In this document: in pieces, positions 1 through 13,814 of the stretch
Numbering within the stretch: the stretch's first letter is position 1
How the letters are laid out: each line of letters begins with the position of its first letter
Source: Octopus vulgaris
Lineage: Eukaryota
Length of the DNA stretch: 64,000 nt
Direction: 5' to 3'
Assembly (NCBI GenBank): GCA_951406725.2
Contig: OX597815.1
Span: 207,948,001 to 208,012,000 of the forward strand
The notes under the pieces: model-generated
Database searches by the model: none
What the model saw: the letters and a program-made list of their open reading frames with translations, nothing else
What the model was told of the DNA's origin: nothing
Position numbers and translations under genes: made by a program

Positions 1-50
1 ATACTTAATAGAATATTTCTAGTTTTGGGAGGTTCTGTGGTACATATATG

Positions 51-91
<41 letters not shown>

Positions 92-2293
92 GTTTGTATG
101 TATGTCATTATTCAGTTTATTTCAAGATTTCTTGCCAATAGAGAAAGAACCGGTTTCTAACCTAGATCCAAGGCTCCTTCATTGGAATTTCAACATCAAC
201 AACAGGGTATTTTTGTTTGTATGTATGTATGTATGTTTGTGCAGATTTGTCACTGCATCATGTGATGGTTGTAAATAAGCATGTCTGTCTATGGGGGAAT
301 TGTCCCTTGCTCAGAAAAAGGTGAGGGTTGACAAGAAGGACATCTGGTCATAGAAAATCTGCCGCAATGAATTCCATCTGACTTGTGCGAGCATGGAAAA
401 ATCGACAATAAAATGATGACAATATGATGATAATGATGATGGAGGTGGTGGTGGAGATGACGACAACGATGACGACAACGATGATGATGATGATGGCACT
501 GAGAATTGCTATTAAGAATTATTGTTATGAACATTTGATGATGTATAGAAGAATAATAAAATGATAGCAGTTAGTCCCAGTGATATCTAAAAATATCATG
601 ACAACTAACAACATGTTATAATTTCAATTGAGCTTAGCTCCAGTGATATCTGAAGATATCACCCAAATGTAATAGTGATAGGATATTAAAATTTGTAATT
701 GAAAATATATAATTAAATCAATTTTGTCCATCAAAAGCTGTAATTAAATCAATGCAATACCAATGATTTGTGGTAGATATGTCAACTATTTATAATTATG
801 TAATATACAGAGGTGTTTCTTTTAAGCAACTTGTATATTTTAGACTCTCTCTCTTTTTCGAAATCATCCGGTTCTGTTGATATATGTTATTTTGGTTTAG
901 CAAATTATATTTACATGACATTTTAGATTCTTTTGGTATTTCTTAAGAGAACTACAAGCAATCCACTTGATCAAGAACAAACAACTTAACATTTGGTTAT
1001 TGACCTTGAGATGGCATTTATCTGCTGCTGGACAGTAAGAAAACTTGGAGAAATCGAATGGTTCAAGTGAACTCAGAAGAATAGTTTGAGAACGGAAAAT
1101 ACTCAGAGTTTGTAATAAATTTTCTGATGCATAAGAAAGCTCCATTATTGTATCTTAACCCTTTAGCATTTAAACCAACTATATCAGGCCAAAATATTCT
1201 GCCTGTTTTATGTAGGAGCCAGCTACCAAATTCACTCACCAGACTTGGGCCGGTCACAGGTTATTATAGAAGACACTTGCCCAAAGTGCCACACAGTGGG
1301 ATTGAACCCAGAACTATGTGGTTGGGAAGCAAGCTTCTTGCCACTCAGCCACATTAGCACCTCTATAGGAATGTTACTTTTAACAAGAAAAGCATGAAAG
1401 ACCAAGGATAATTCCGAAGGCTATCTACTGTTTATCACACGTGGATATGCATATTGACAGAGAAACGTAGAGAGAACTTGGAGGAAACAAGAAACAATTG
1501 GATACAGTTGGGTTCAAAGTGAGTTTTGCGGTTACTGAAGAGGTTAGTTGTGGTGGGAATAAGATGGAAGGTAGCAGATACATCACAACAAAAGATTATA
1601 GAAACCAAGATGTTAAGTTATCTAATCATTGTTTAAGAAATGTTTAATGTGGAATTATTAAACAGGGAATTGCTGTAATCCCAGGTATTATTAAGAAAAG
1701 AGCATCTGAAATGATTCAAGTGAAAATGAATTAGATATAGGTGTGTGTATAAGTGTGGGCTGCACAAGAAATATGAATAAAGAGAGTAAACGGTGAATGA
1801 CAATCATCAAACACATAACGATAATGAAAGCAGACTTGAAGGAAGAAAGTGACTAAAAACATAAAAATGACTTGGAGACATAATAGATTTCTCAATTTGC
1901 TAATTGTAATTGTGAAGGAAATAGTATAACTAGATTATCATCATTAACGGATGATAATGTTTCTGGTAGAACATCATCAAGAAAAGTATTGGATGAGTAA
2001 CAAAAGAATCTATAATGCATTTATTCATCATCATCATTATCATTAACATCATCATTATCATTGTTTTAATGTCCACTTTTCCATGCTTGCATGGGTTAGT
2101 TGGAGTTTATTCATGCAAATTAGATGCCCTTTTTCCCGTGAACCTTTGCCTGTTTCAAAGCAAGATTATATTTCCTCATCACCAGACATGTTTTTGCAGT
2201 GTATTGGGAATGAATGATACTGATTGTATGACCAATCATATGCAACTATCACACAATGTCAAAACAATGAGACACAAACATGCACACACACTC

Positions 2294-2328
<35 letters not shown>

Positions 2329-2345
2329 AATACATACATACGTGG

Positions 2346-2399
<54 letters not shown>

Positions 2400-3617
2400 C
2401 ATACATACATACATACATATATATATATATGTGGAACCACAATGGACCAGTGGTTAGAGCAGCAGACTTGCGGTCGTAGGATCGCGGTTTCATTTACCAG
2501 ACCAGGCGTTGTGAGTGTTTACTGAGCGAAGACACCTGAAAGCTCCACGAGGTTCACTCTTTCTTCTGTTGGCCTGCTTGCTCAGCCAGTGGGCAAGTGT
2601 CTTATACTATAGCCTCGGGCTGACCAAAGCCTTGTGAGTGGATTTGGTAGATGCAAACTGAAAGAAGCCCGTTGTATATATGTATATATATTTGTGTGTT
2701 TGTGTGTCTGTGTTTATTCCCTCAACATCGCTTGACAACTGATGTTGGTGTGTTTACATCCTCATAACTTAGTGGTTCGGCAAAAGAGACCGATAGAATA
2801 AGTACTAGACTTACAAAGAAGAAGTCCTGGGGTCAATTTCTCGACTAAAGGTGGTGCTCCAGCATGGCCGCAGTCAAATGACTGAAACAAGTAAAAGAGT
2901 AAAAGAGTATGTAACCTAATCTTCCCTTTCCTCTTCAAATGGTAGAGCATGACTTGAGGGAGATATGGCAGCTATTTTTAGCAGACTGAGTGAAGCTACA
3001 CAAATTTCATGCATTAGTGGGGTCTCTGCTTTGGTTCAATCATCTTTTCTTCAGTGTGTAGTCTTTGATACCATTACAAAACAATCTTGGACTTGAATAT
3101 CACAAATAGCATCTGTGAACTAATGACCAGATTTCAATTGTTACATTTGTTCATAAGCTTCAAAGAAAGCTCCAGATATGAAAGAGTAAGTCTACATCAG
3201 AAGACTAAACTATCAGTTTGATTTATGTAGTTGGGTTTTGATTCTATTTCTATATTATACACCATATTGGTATGCAGAGATAGATAAGCAAGAAGTAAAT
3301 AAGCAGGAACTTAATTTTTCAAGATAATCACTTGTGATTCTTGCACAACGCGTGTTAAAATATGTTTGCTGTAGATTATCAAGGAAGCAAAATTTTGGAT
3401 ACAATAGATGCACACAAGAGTAGCTAATGCTAATGAGCAATCATAACACGGAGACCATAATCTACTTGAAAAGATTCCTAGAAATTGCATGAATATATAT
3501 ATGTATGTGTGTGCATAAGGTGATTAAAATTTTAATCACCTTATTTTGAAATTGTATGGATAATACCATACTAAATTCTGGTGCCTTTCCTTAAGTGCCA
3601 TATTCATCTGAATCTAA

Positions 3618-3660
<43 letters not shown>

Positions 3661-3712
3661 CACGCACACACAATCATACACACCCATGTACATATATATA
3701 TATATATATATA

Positions 3713-4093
3713 TCTCTCTATATAAACGGCAGTTTGTCTGTGCGTGTTTCTGTGTGTCTGTTTGGTTGTACCCTCACCCTGACCACTGCTTTCAACCGAT
3801 TCTGATGAAACTTGACACACACATAGCCCAATGGCATAATTCAAAACTAACGCAGCGAAAATTTTGAAAAGTTCCCCCAGTTCTGAAAAAAATCGATAAA
3901 TTCGACATGGGGTCGAGAATCAGAAACACAAACCACAGACCGTCTAGGGGACGCAACTCCACCTTTTTTAACTCTCAAAAAAAATTACCATCATTTTTTT
4001 CCCATTTTTTTGCTATTTTTGGCTATAACTCTCTAAAAATGCTTTATAGTTATTTCCCTTACAAACCTGAGCAACGCCGGGCGATACTGCTAG
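3713..4093 (+). mobile_element. Non-autonomous Helitron
   Basis: 5' TC...TATATAAA, 3' hairpin cctgagcaacgccggg and terminal CTAG|T. Confidence 0.8.
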
Positions 4094-4134
<41 letters not shown>

Positions 4135-4164
4135 GTTTATATATATATATATTCATGTATGTAT

Positions 4165-4307
4165 CGCAACTCCACCTTTTTTAACTCTCAAAAAAAATTA
4201 CCATCATTTTTTTTCCATTTTTTTGCTATTTTTGGGCTATAACTCTCTAAAAATGCTTTATAGTTATTTCCCTTACAAACCTGAGCAACGCCGGGCGATA
4301 CTGCTAG
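4165..4307 (+). mobile_element. Tandem duplicate of the Helitron 3' end
   Basis: Near-identical to 3952-4093 including CTAG. Confidence 0.8.
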
Positions 4308-4341
4308 TATATATATATATATGTATGTATGTATGTATCTA

Positions 4342-4414
<73 letters not shown>

Positions 4415-5036
4415 CAAAATATATTCATATAAATTACATATGTATACTATACACAGATATATATATATGTGTGTGTGAAAGTGTGAGTTGTATATATGCA
4501 TGTGCGTGTGTATGTGTATGTATGTGTAGCATATATACATATGTGTGAGTGTGTTATAGCATTCATTTTTCCATGAAGCATGGAATTTGTTAAAGTCAAT
4601 TTTCTACAGCTTGATGCCCTTCCTGTTGCCAACCCTCAACTGAGGATGATACTAATAGTAATGATCTTGAATGAAATGATGATTAATAAGTGTAATATTG
4701 GTTTCAAATTTTGGCAAAGGCCAGAAGGTTTGGAGGAGGGACTAAGGCAATTACATTGACCTTAGTGTTCAACTGGTACTTATGCTGCTAAACAATTTTC
4801 TCAGTATACTAACAATTCTGTCAGCTCTCTATCTTAAGTAAGTGCAATATTAAATTATAAGATTACTTTCCGGTCATAAGGAAAAAAAGTTCTATCTGGT
4901 AAGTCAAATATAACAGAATCCAAGGGTATTAGTGATGGTCTGTGTCAGCAAGACTTGTATTATTTAGGAAAAACAACTTAAATAGTACAAGTGTCCATTG
5001 CTTATACTTTTTCCAATAGATTTGTATTGAATTTTA

Positions 5037-5212
5037 GGTGCAAGAGCGGCTGTGTGGTAAGTAGCTTGCTTACCAACCACATGGTTCTGGGTTCAGTCCC
5101 ACTGTATGGCACCTTGGGCAATTGTCTTCTACTATAGCCTCGGGCCGACCAAAGCCTTGTGAGTGGATTTGGTAGACAGAAACTGAAAGAAGCCTGCCGT
5201 ATATATGTATAA

Positions 5213-5243
<31 letters not shown>

Positions 5244-5443
5244 GTTGTTTGTGTGTCTGTGTTTGTCTCCCCAACATTGCTTGACAACCAATGCTAGTGT
5301 GTTTACGAACTTAGCAGTTTGGCAAAAGAGACCAATAGAATAAGTACTAGGCTTACAAAGAATAAGTCCTGGGGTCGATTTGCTCGACTAAAGGTGGTGC
5401 TCCAGCATGGCTGCAGTCAAATGACTGAAACAAGTAAAAGAGT
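5037..5443 (+). mobile_element. SINE family A (tRNA head, CORE-like CCTTGGGCAAG, internal (TA)n(TG)n, (AAAAGAGT)n tail)
   Basis: A-box TGGCTGTGTGG, B-box GGTTCAGTCCC. More than 20 full or partial copies in the window. Confidence 0.9.
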
Positions 5444-6578
5444 AACTATTTATGGAAACTGAATTTCCCTTTATAGGTGAACGTGTGACAGGTATAACTC
5501 TCTCATTATCAATAAAAAATTCAGTCATACTTCATAAGATTTTGTAAGATGCTATTATTCCAAAACTCTGTAAGTAATGAAGTAGTAGACATCAGAGAAT
5601 TTCTGATAAATTCCATCACAGCTTGTAATTGAATTTAACATAATATCTCTCTAATAGTTGTAGAATTTGATAGAACTGACAGAGTTCTAAAGATATTCAA
5701 CAGATTCAATAATTCAAAACCTATGATTATTAAGGTTACTACCAGCCTGGAGATAATTTAAAATCAATGAAATCCAAAGAAATTTTTAAATTTCTGTTAA
5801 CTATTTCTTCCATGGTACACCAACGTTTTTTCTTAATGAAAATATATATCTGTTGTTAAATATGAATTAGATGCTACAGGGAATTTCTGTTGCTGTGCTC
5901 ACTACATGAATGAAATTGGATAAAATTCTCTGTTACAAGAATGGTGAATTTGATTAGTATGGCAATTGAAGAAGGCGTGTAATTAGTAATCATTAATTTT
6001 CTGTGTTAATCTAATTACTTTTGTTTGTATTTTTGTTTTTTTCTGTTGCAAAATAATTCTTTATTTATTTCAAATAGAATCAGATATTGTGAAAACAGCA
6101 AATATTTTTTTGCAATACAAAACTACTATTTTATTCAAAATATACTGTGAGTTATAGACAATAAACCATTACAGAAAATATAGCAAAATCTTATAAATCC
6201 ATTTTTTATTCAAAGAATAAAAATAAATACTAACAGGGAATAATAAGCATTATATATACTTCCTTTCAAAATTTCCCTTGTGTAGTATCCTAGTGTAATG
6301 TCAGTTGACAGTTATTTGCTATAACAATGTTAGAAATAAAAAAACATTTTTCTTTGAAAATAAACATTAATAATGCTTGACTATTGTTAATTTATACAAT
6401 ATCAGACAAACTGTCAATAAAGTTCAAGAAGTTTTGCCAATCAATAAATTCTGTCATCCATACACAATTTAATGTTGGAATCATTTAATTGTAACATTTC
6501 CGTGACATAATAACAAAACAAAACAACACAGTTCCCAAACATAAACCTAACTAAAGCAGCAGATAACTAACCACACGA

Positions 6579-6674
6579 TCAGTCATTCAGAACCTTGATA
6601 ACTTTTTGCGTATGGATAACTATAACTTCCGATAAAGTTGGACGGAGTTGTTTTCTGTTCTTTAATTCAACATA
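6579..6674 (+). promoter_or_regulatory. Candidate TSS (TCAGTC initiator) and non-coding first exon of a nested antisense gene
   Basis: TCAGTC at 6579-6584, about 94 nt of higher-complexity sequence, then a consensus donor gtaagt at 6675. Sits in a roughly 2 kb SINE-free block. Confidence 0.4.
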
Positions 6675-7201
6675 GTAAGTAAAATCTTTATATGATTTGA
6701 TTATTTGATTTTAACAACATGAAAAGACCTTTAACAAGAACCGAATCATAAACTGAAGTACAGTTTTGTTTGTGTATTTAACATTTAAAAAGTGGTTAAG
6801 ACAAGTCAGAAGGAAATAAATAACTGTTGAGACTATTGATTCAGAATATGATATTAGTTTGGTCTATTAATTTCTGCTTTAGATTTAAAATACCGAGTAG
6901 GAGGTTGTGAAGTTTATGCTTTCTCAAAAATGCATTAAAGACATAGGAAATATATCCTTCCTTGAGAAAGATTGAATCTCACAAATCTTCAAACCTTCTT
7001 TATTATAAATTCATTTTCATCTCTAGGTATTTCTAATTTCTTTTCCTCTTGTAGTTTTCTTCCAAGTTTACCATATTTTCCAGCATAAATTCTAAGACCA
7101 ACATTTACAGTAAAAACAAAAGAAAAAAAAGTTGGTTGGCTTCTACACCAAGACGACTCTAGAGGACCAAAATTTCCATGTAAAACACAGGAGGAATTGG
7201 A

Positions 7202-7276
7202 ATGATAGTGATGATGTTTCAGTGTTTACTCATGTTTACACTATATACTACATCGACTTGTTTGCCAGAAAATATG
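7202..7276 (+). CDS. Candidate first coding segment (signal-peptide-like MIVMMFQCLLMFTLYTTSTCLPENM) in putative exon 7055-7276
   Basis: Branch-point-like ctaat plus ttcttttcctcttgtag acceptor ending at 7054. In-frame TAA upstream of ATG 7202. 25 codons end in ATG|gtaaat (phase 0). Downstream exons not identified. Confidence 0.4.
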
Positions 7277-7733
7277 GTAAATCTTTATTTAGTCTTTGGA
7301 TTTGATTAGAAAATGTTTATCAATAGATATAGGTCTAATATTCTCTTTTAAGTTAACCTTATTAGAAGCATACACTATTTTAATTTAAATTAATTTAAAA
7401 AATAAAGAAGAATTTACTAATGCAAATTTATCATTACTAAGCTGGTCTCTGGGAAATAAATTAACATGAAAATTTTGATGGAAATTTTTTTATTTAATTC
7501 AGTTTTAAGCACAAAGTTTGTTTGAGAAAACCACACGCAGACTCAAGTGAATTGGCATCAAAAGGTGGGCAGTTTTGTTGTTGTTTATGAACTTTTTCTC
7601 AAATTATTAAATCTAAATATCATTGCAAGTGCTTTGTGTATATATATATGATATATATCAAACATTCGCATTCTAAAAGTACAAAGAACTTTCTCATTAA
7701 TTTTTCATTTATGCACGAACACGTGAGTGTATG

Positions 7734-7767
<34 letters not shown>

Positions 7768-8090
7768 TGTATGCATATATGCACGTATGCATGTACGTAT
7801 GTATGTACGTATGTGTGCATAGGGAGAGTTGTCACATCATTAGCACACTGGAGAAGATAATTAGTGGCATTTCGTCTGTCTTAATATTTTAAGTTCAAAT
7901 TCCACCAAGGCCAAATATACCTTTAATCCTTTCGGGGTCAATAAAATAAGTTCTAGTCGAGCACTGAAGTTGATGTAATCAAGATCTCTCTCACAAAATT
8001 TCAGGCCTTGTGCCTAAAGTAGAACCACTGTATACAATAATTTCATTATTATATATCCTTTCTACTTCTCTCCTTGTTTTTTTCTGTGTA

Positions 8091-8128
8091 TCTTTCTGTC
8101 GAAGAGCGTAGGCTCGAAACGTAAAAGA
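8091..8128 (+). ncRNA. Minimal hammerhead-like motif (A6U core change) in a pLTR-like element about 8055-8220
   Basis: tcttt-CTGTCGA-a-GAGC-gtag-GCTC-GAAA-CG-TA-aaaga. All three stems present. Confidence 0.55.
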
Positions 8129-9086
8129 CTTTTTCTATTCCTGAGCGCTATACTAATACATTTGTTTGTTTGTACACCACCTGCCTTCATCTTTTGTTTA
8201 TTTTTGTAAACTTTCTCATTATATATATATATACATAAAAGAGTAGAGTATATACACACACACACAGATATACATATATATATATTCGAGTGTGGTTGCT
8301 GCCAGTGCTGCCTGACTGATCCCGTGCTGGTGGCATGTAAAAAGCACCCTTTGAGCATGGTCATTGCCAGTGCTGCCTGACTTCTTTCAGCTTTTATCAA
8401 CCAAATCCACTCACAAGGCTTTGGTCAACCTGAGGCTAGAGTAGAAGACACTTGTCCAAGGTGACATGCAGTGGGACTGAACCTGGAACCATGAGGTTGA
8501 GAAAGAAGCTTCTTACCACATAGCCACACCTAAACCTACATATATTAATGTGTGTGTTTGTGTGTGTGTGATAACTCTTGAAAGTTATATATTTGTCTTG
8601 TCAAAGTTAGCAAATTTACAGAAATATTAAGTGCAATGATTTCAGAAATAGTATTAAATTTAATAGAATAACTGTACGAGAATAAGTTTATTCTCCCTTT
8701 AGCTCACATCTTGTTTCACCATAAAGAAATCAGTCAGTCATAAAATGAACAGAAGAAGACTATTCGAACAGAAATTATAGTTGCTATGAGCATACATTGT
8801 GACAATTCATTAATATGAGAAAGTATCACTGCATTAGGCCTGATATTCATTCACTGTTAGAACCAAGTGAATGAACCACAATAAAAGGTGGTAAGGGAAT
8901 TAATGAGTGCTAAATATTCAGTTAATGAGAATGGGCTCTCTTGTTAGATATGTGCATGAGTGTATATATATACATATATATTTATATATATGTATGTAGA
9001 TGTCTGTTGATGCATGATATATATATATATATATATATCTATTTATATAAAACTATATCTATCTATATGTCTATCTATCTAACTAA

Positions 9087-9119
<33 letters not shown>

Positions 9120-9231
9120 ATCATCATCGTTTAACGTCTGCTTTCCATGCTAGCATGTTTTGGATGATTTGACTGAGGACTGGCAAACCAGATGGCTGCA
9201 CCAGGCTCCAATCTGATCTGGCAGAGTTTCT

Positions 9232-9463
9232 TATTCCTTTATTGCCTGCCACGGGCTAAACACAGAGGGGACAAACTAGGACAGACAAATGGATTAAGTT
9301 GATTACATTGACCTCAGTGTGTAACTGGTACTTAATTTATCGACCCGAAAAGATGAAAGGCAAAGTCGACCTCAGCTGAATTTGAACTCAGAAAGCAGCG
9401 GTGGATGAAATACCACAAAGCATTTCGCTCAGCATGCTAACATTTCTGCTAGCTTGCTGCCTT
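9232..9463 (-). mobile_element. SINE family B nested in family C
   Basis: 16-bp imperfect TSD atctggcagagtttct / atctggcaaagttcct. Confidence 0.8.
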
Positions 9464-9607
9464 ATCTGGCAAAGTTCCTACAGCTGGATGCTCTTCCTAA
9501 TGCCAACCACTCCAAGAGTGTAGTCTGTGATTTTACATTCGCACGGGGGCCAGGCGAGGCTGGCAACAGCCACGAACGGATGGTGCTTGGCTGTTGCATA
9601 TATATAT

Positions 9608-9646
<39 letters not shown>

Positions 9647-9918
9647 TATGTCAAATATATTATAATATTCAAACCTAAAGGCATATTAATAAACAAGGGT
9701 ACAAAATAGTACCAGCATTGCTAGAAATAAGAGTCAAAAAACACTCAAAAAGCCACAAAAGCACAAACTCATGAGTTGACGAAAGAGAGGAAGTGAGAAA
9801 TCCCCCTACCCCTGTGAGACAAAGTCACAAATGAAGCAACAGATGTAACCTTATCACGTGATTTTGAACTCTGAATTTAATCTTTGTTCTCATTATATGT
9901 ACGTATACATATATATAT

Positions 9919-9966
<48 letters not shown>

Positions 9967-9992
9967 TATGTACATATACAAATACATATATA

Positions 9993-10366
9993 GGCACAGG
10001 TGTGGCTGTGTGGTAAGAAGCTTGCTTTCCAACCACATGGTTTTGGGTTCAGTCCCACTGCGTGGTACCTTGGACAAGTATCCTTTGCTACAGTGTCAGG
10101 CCAACCAAAGTCTTGTGAGTGGATTTGCTATACGGAAACTGAAAGAAGCTCGTCGTATATATATATATGTATGTGTCTATGTCCCAGCATCTCTTGACAA
10201 CTGATGCTAGTGTGTTTACGTCCCTGTAACTTAGCGGTTCAGCAAAGAGACCGATAGAATAAGTATTAGGCTTACAAAGAATAAGTCCTGGGGTTAATTT
10301 GCTGGACTAAAGGCTGTGCTCCAGCATGGCTGCAGTCAAAATGACTGAAACAAGTAAAAAAGAAAA
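9993..10366 (+). mobile_element. SINE family A
   Basis: Full-length match to the other copies. Confidence 0.85.
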
Positions 10367-11003
10367 CTTATATATACGTTATTAAGGAGATCTGAAAGTT
10401 ACTATAGTAACATTATTTGATTATTTGAAATCTGAAGAAAATAGAAAATATGAAGCAAGCTATGCAAATAGAACCATATGCTCACCTTTAGAGTTTTACT
10501 GTAATTCACAGAGAGAGATCAATGTAATTAAATGTGAGTTTAAACAAACTATTTTAGCTATTAATAAAATGTAATAAATGTTTAAATGTTAATAAATGAT
10601 AACTCAACTTCCGGAGCAACTAGAAATCTAAAAGATATCAAAATAGATTTAATGAGAAACAATAACAATGAACTCAGAATATTTATTTTGATAAATTAAT
10701 TGTATTTGAAGTAAAACAAAGGAAAGCAGTAAATTAAAGAACAAACATTTAAAAGGTTCAATAGATTTTCCAAATATATCGCATCATTTTTTTCTTTAAG
10801 TATAACAGGCATGGCTTATTTTGCAACTATATAGTTTCAGGTTCAGTCCCACCTCACAGCACCTTGCTTATTAGGTTATTTATGTCCTGCTATAGTCTTA
10901 GGCCAACCAATGCCTTGTTAGTGAATTTGGCAGGTAGAAACAACACTTATTACACCTGAGAAGTATGTTAAGTGTATACAAGTTCGTGGAATACTCAGCT
11001 CAA

Positions 11004-11237
11004 GGCGTCGAGCTGGCAGAACTGTTAGCACGTCGGGCAAAATGCTTTGTGGTATTTCGCCTGCCATTACGTTTTGAGTTCAAATTTCGCCGAGGTCGAC
11101 TTTGTCTTTCATCCTTTTGGGGTAGATAAAATTAAGTACCAGTTAAACACTGGGGTCAATGTAATCGACTTAATCTCTTTGTCTGTCCTTGTTTGTCCCC
11201 TCTATGTTGAGCCCCTTGTGGGTAATAAAGAAATAGA
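11004..11237 (+). mobile_element. SINE family B (about 230 bp; GGCGGCGAGCTGGCAGAA head, GCCTTTCATCCTTTCGGGGTCGATAAA central domain)
   Basis: TSD aatactcagc. About 15 copies in the window, e.g. 14172-14401 (+), 20563-20771 (+), 35502-35734 (-), 62697-62893 (-). Confidence 0.85.
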
Positions 11238-11329
11238 AATACTCAGCCACTTGAATGATAATTCAGTTGATCCTACAACTAAGTCCCCATCATCAACACC
11301 AACAAAGATCCAGTCTCCATTTACCATCT

Positions 11330-11905
11330 CCCAGGAGGTGAGGAATAACACTGTTTTAGGCAAGAAGCCACTTAGTGTAAGGGAATATGAAGGAGAAATT
11401 AAGAGGAAAGGAATGAGTTTACTTTAGACTTGAAAGAGTTCAGGTGAAAAGAAGGGGCAAAACAGTGAGAGGGATGAGAGTTCCAAAGTCTGACAGCTCA
11501 AGGAAAAAAAGCTACGACTGTAGGAAGACTTCCTTATTTGTGGAAACACAACAGCATTTGGATGAAGGTGTGAGATTCAAGTCAGGTGAGATGTCACACA
11601 GTAATTGGGAACTCGGAATGAATGTTCATCCTGTGGCATGGCAACATCACACAGATATGATGTGGGTTGCAAAGGTGAAGTAAGATAGGGACCAATGAAA
11701 TTAGAGGCCCACTTCTCAACCCAGCCAAGGAGATCCAAGTGACAAAATGGTGTACCAGCCCAAATATGACATCGGTCTTGGTGCTGAAATGAGCATAAAG
11801 GCCAAAATATCAAGCTACCCCTTGAGGCAAATAACAATCAAATGTTTTACTTTGAGTTTATCATCAAATTATGAGAGGCTCTGCTTAAAACAATTTGTGT
11901 TTGCA
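11330..11905 (-). mobile_element. Decayed LINE 3' region (Jockey/CR1-like ORF2 C-terminus)
   Basis: Minus frame CHIWAGTPFCHLDLLGWVEKWASNFIGPYLTSPLQP..CDVA, typical post-RT motif. Frameshifted. Confidence 0.65.
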
Positions 11906-11911
11906 TTTCCT

Positions 11912-12326
11912 ACTCTTTTACTCTTTCCTCTTTTACTTGTTTCAGTCATTTGACTGTGGCCATGCTGGAGCACCACCATTAGACAAGCAAATTGACCCCA
12001 GGACTTATTCTTTGTAAGCCTGGTACTTATTCTATTGGTCTCTTTTGCCGAACCGCTAAGTTACAGGGGCGTAAACACATCAGCATCGGTTGTCAAGCGA
12101 TGTTGGAAGGACAAACACAGACACATAAACATATACACATACACATACATATATACATATATACAACAGGCTTCTTTCAGTTTCCGTCTACCAACTCCAC
12201 TCACAAGGCTTTGGTCGGCCTGACGCTATAGTAGAAGACACTTGCCCAAGGTGCCACGCAGTGGGACTGAACCTGGAACTATGTGGTTCGTAAGCAAGCT
12301 ACTTACCACACAGACACTCCTACGCC
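11912..12326 (-). mobile_element. SINE family A
   Basis: Full-length reverse copy. Confidence 0.9.
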
Positions 12327-12738
12327 TATGACATACCTATTTTATTTCTTGCTTCTTATCTATTGATTTATACCAATACAAACCCACCAATTTGCTTAAA
12401 TTCTAAAATTTATATCGAAATTACCAGGTTTTCTTTTTTTGCTGTAGTATTTTTAAAATCCAAACAACTGTTTGCAAGTTTAAATTGATCTTCAAAAAAA
12501 TTATTTTAACAAATTCTAACTAAATTGTAAAAAGGTTTGTATGTCAATATAATGAGCCGATATCTGAGGTAAAATTTCCTAAGTTATTTGATACAAAACA
12601 ATTTTGGAAGTTTTATTTTGACTTGTTAATGTGTAGTTAGAAGTAAATTGGCATCTAACTTAGTTTAAAAAACAAAGATTTATATTGCATTTCTGTAATA
12701 TAATGATTTAATTCTATCAAAACGAAAAAATAAAATGC

Positions 12739-12967
12739 GTATGTATGTATGTAAGTATGTATGCATGCATGTATGTATGTATGTATGTATGTATGTATGT
12801 ATGTATGTATGTATGTATGTATGTATGTATGTATGTATGTATGTATGTATGTATGCATGCATGCATGCATGCATGCATGTATGTATACATAATAATGTAT
12901 GTATGTATGTATGTATACATAATAATGTATGTATGTATGTATGTATGTATGTATGTATGTATGTATG

Positions 12968-12998
<31 letters not shown>

Positions 12999-13336
12999 AC
13001 ATAATAATGTATGTATGTATGTATGTATGTATGTATGTATGTATGTATGTATGTATACATAATAATGTATGTATGTATGAATGTATGTATGTATGTTTGT
13101 ATGTATATATGCATGCATGCATATATGTATTTATCTGTGTTTGTATGCATGTATGTATGCATGTGTGTATGTATGTATACATAATAGTTTATGTATGTAT
13201 GTATGTATGTATGTATGTATTTATGTATGTATGTATGTATGTATGTATGTATGTATGTATGTATGTATGTATGTATGTATGTATGTATGTATATATGTAT
13301 GTATGTATGTATGTATGCATGCATATATGTATGTAT
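12739..13336. repeat. Compound (TATG)n microsatellite with recurring atacataata interruption
   Basis: Direct reading. Confidence 0.95.
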
Positions 13337-13645
13337 CTGTATCTTTTATGTAATACTTGTTCCAGTCATTAGACTGTGGCCATGCTGGGGCTCCATCTTG
13401 AAGAGTCTTTAGTCAAATGAATCAGCACCAGTTCTCATTTTTCTTTTTACGCCTGGTACCTATCCTATCGGTCTCTTTTGATGAACTGCTAAGTTACAGG
13501 GATATATATACACCAATACAAGTTGTCAGGTGATGATGAAGGACAAACAAAAGCACACACACACACGTACACAAACACACATATATACACACATACATAT
13601 ATGTGCATGTATATATGTGTGTGTGTGTGTGTGTGTATATATACA

Positions 13646-13814
13646 TATATTAAGGAAAAGGAGCAGTCAGAATTTTGGATAATTCTTTATTAGTGCTTTC
13701 ATCCATTCATGAGGATTTTTCAAAAAATAATCCTCATGAAATGTCCTCATGAATGGATGAAAATGCTAATAAAGAATTATCCAAAATTCTGACTGCCTCC
13801 TTTTTCTTAATATA
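13646..13814. mobile_element. Palindromic Penelope-like fragment (about 70-bp arms)
   Basis: Inverted repeat. Minus strand reads TTGAAAA-ATCC..GGAT-GAAA-GCAC-TA-ataaa. Confidence 0.55.

Noticed and set aside
289-534. His-rich or Ser/Pro-rich ORFs
   Set aside because: Degenerate (GAT)n tail of a family C repeat.
6995-7110. Minus-strand frame ending ..RDENEFIIKK, resembling the next RasGRF exon
   Set aside because: Weak donor (gtttga), no good acceptor, poor similarity, and it overlaps the better plus-strand acceptor.
12655-13412. Overlapping HTYI/MYVC ORFs (also at 18.3, 41, 45 and 58.8 kb)
   Set aside because: Stop-free (TATG)n repeats.
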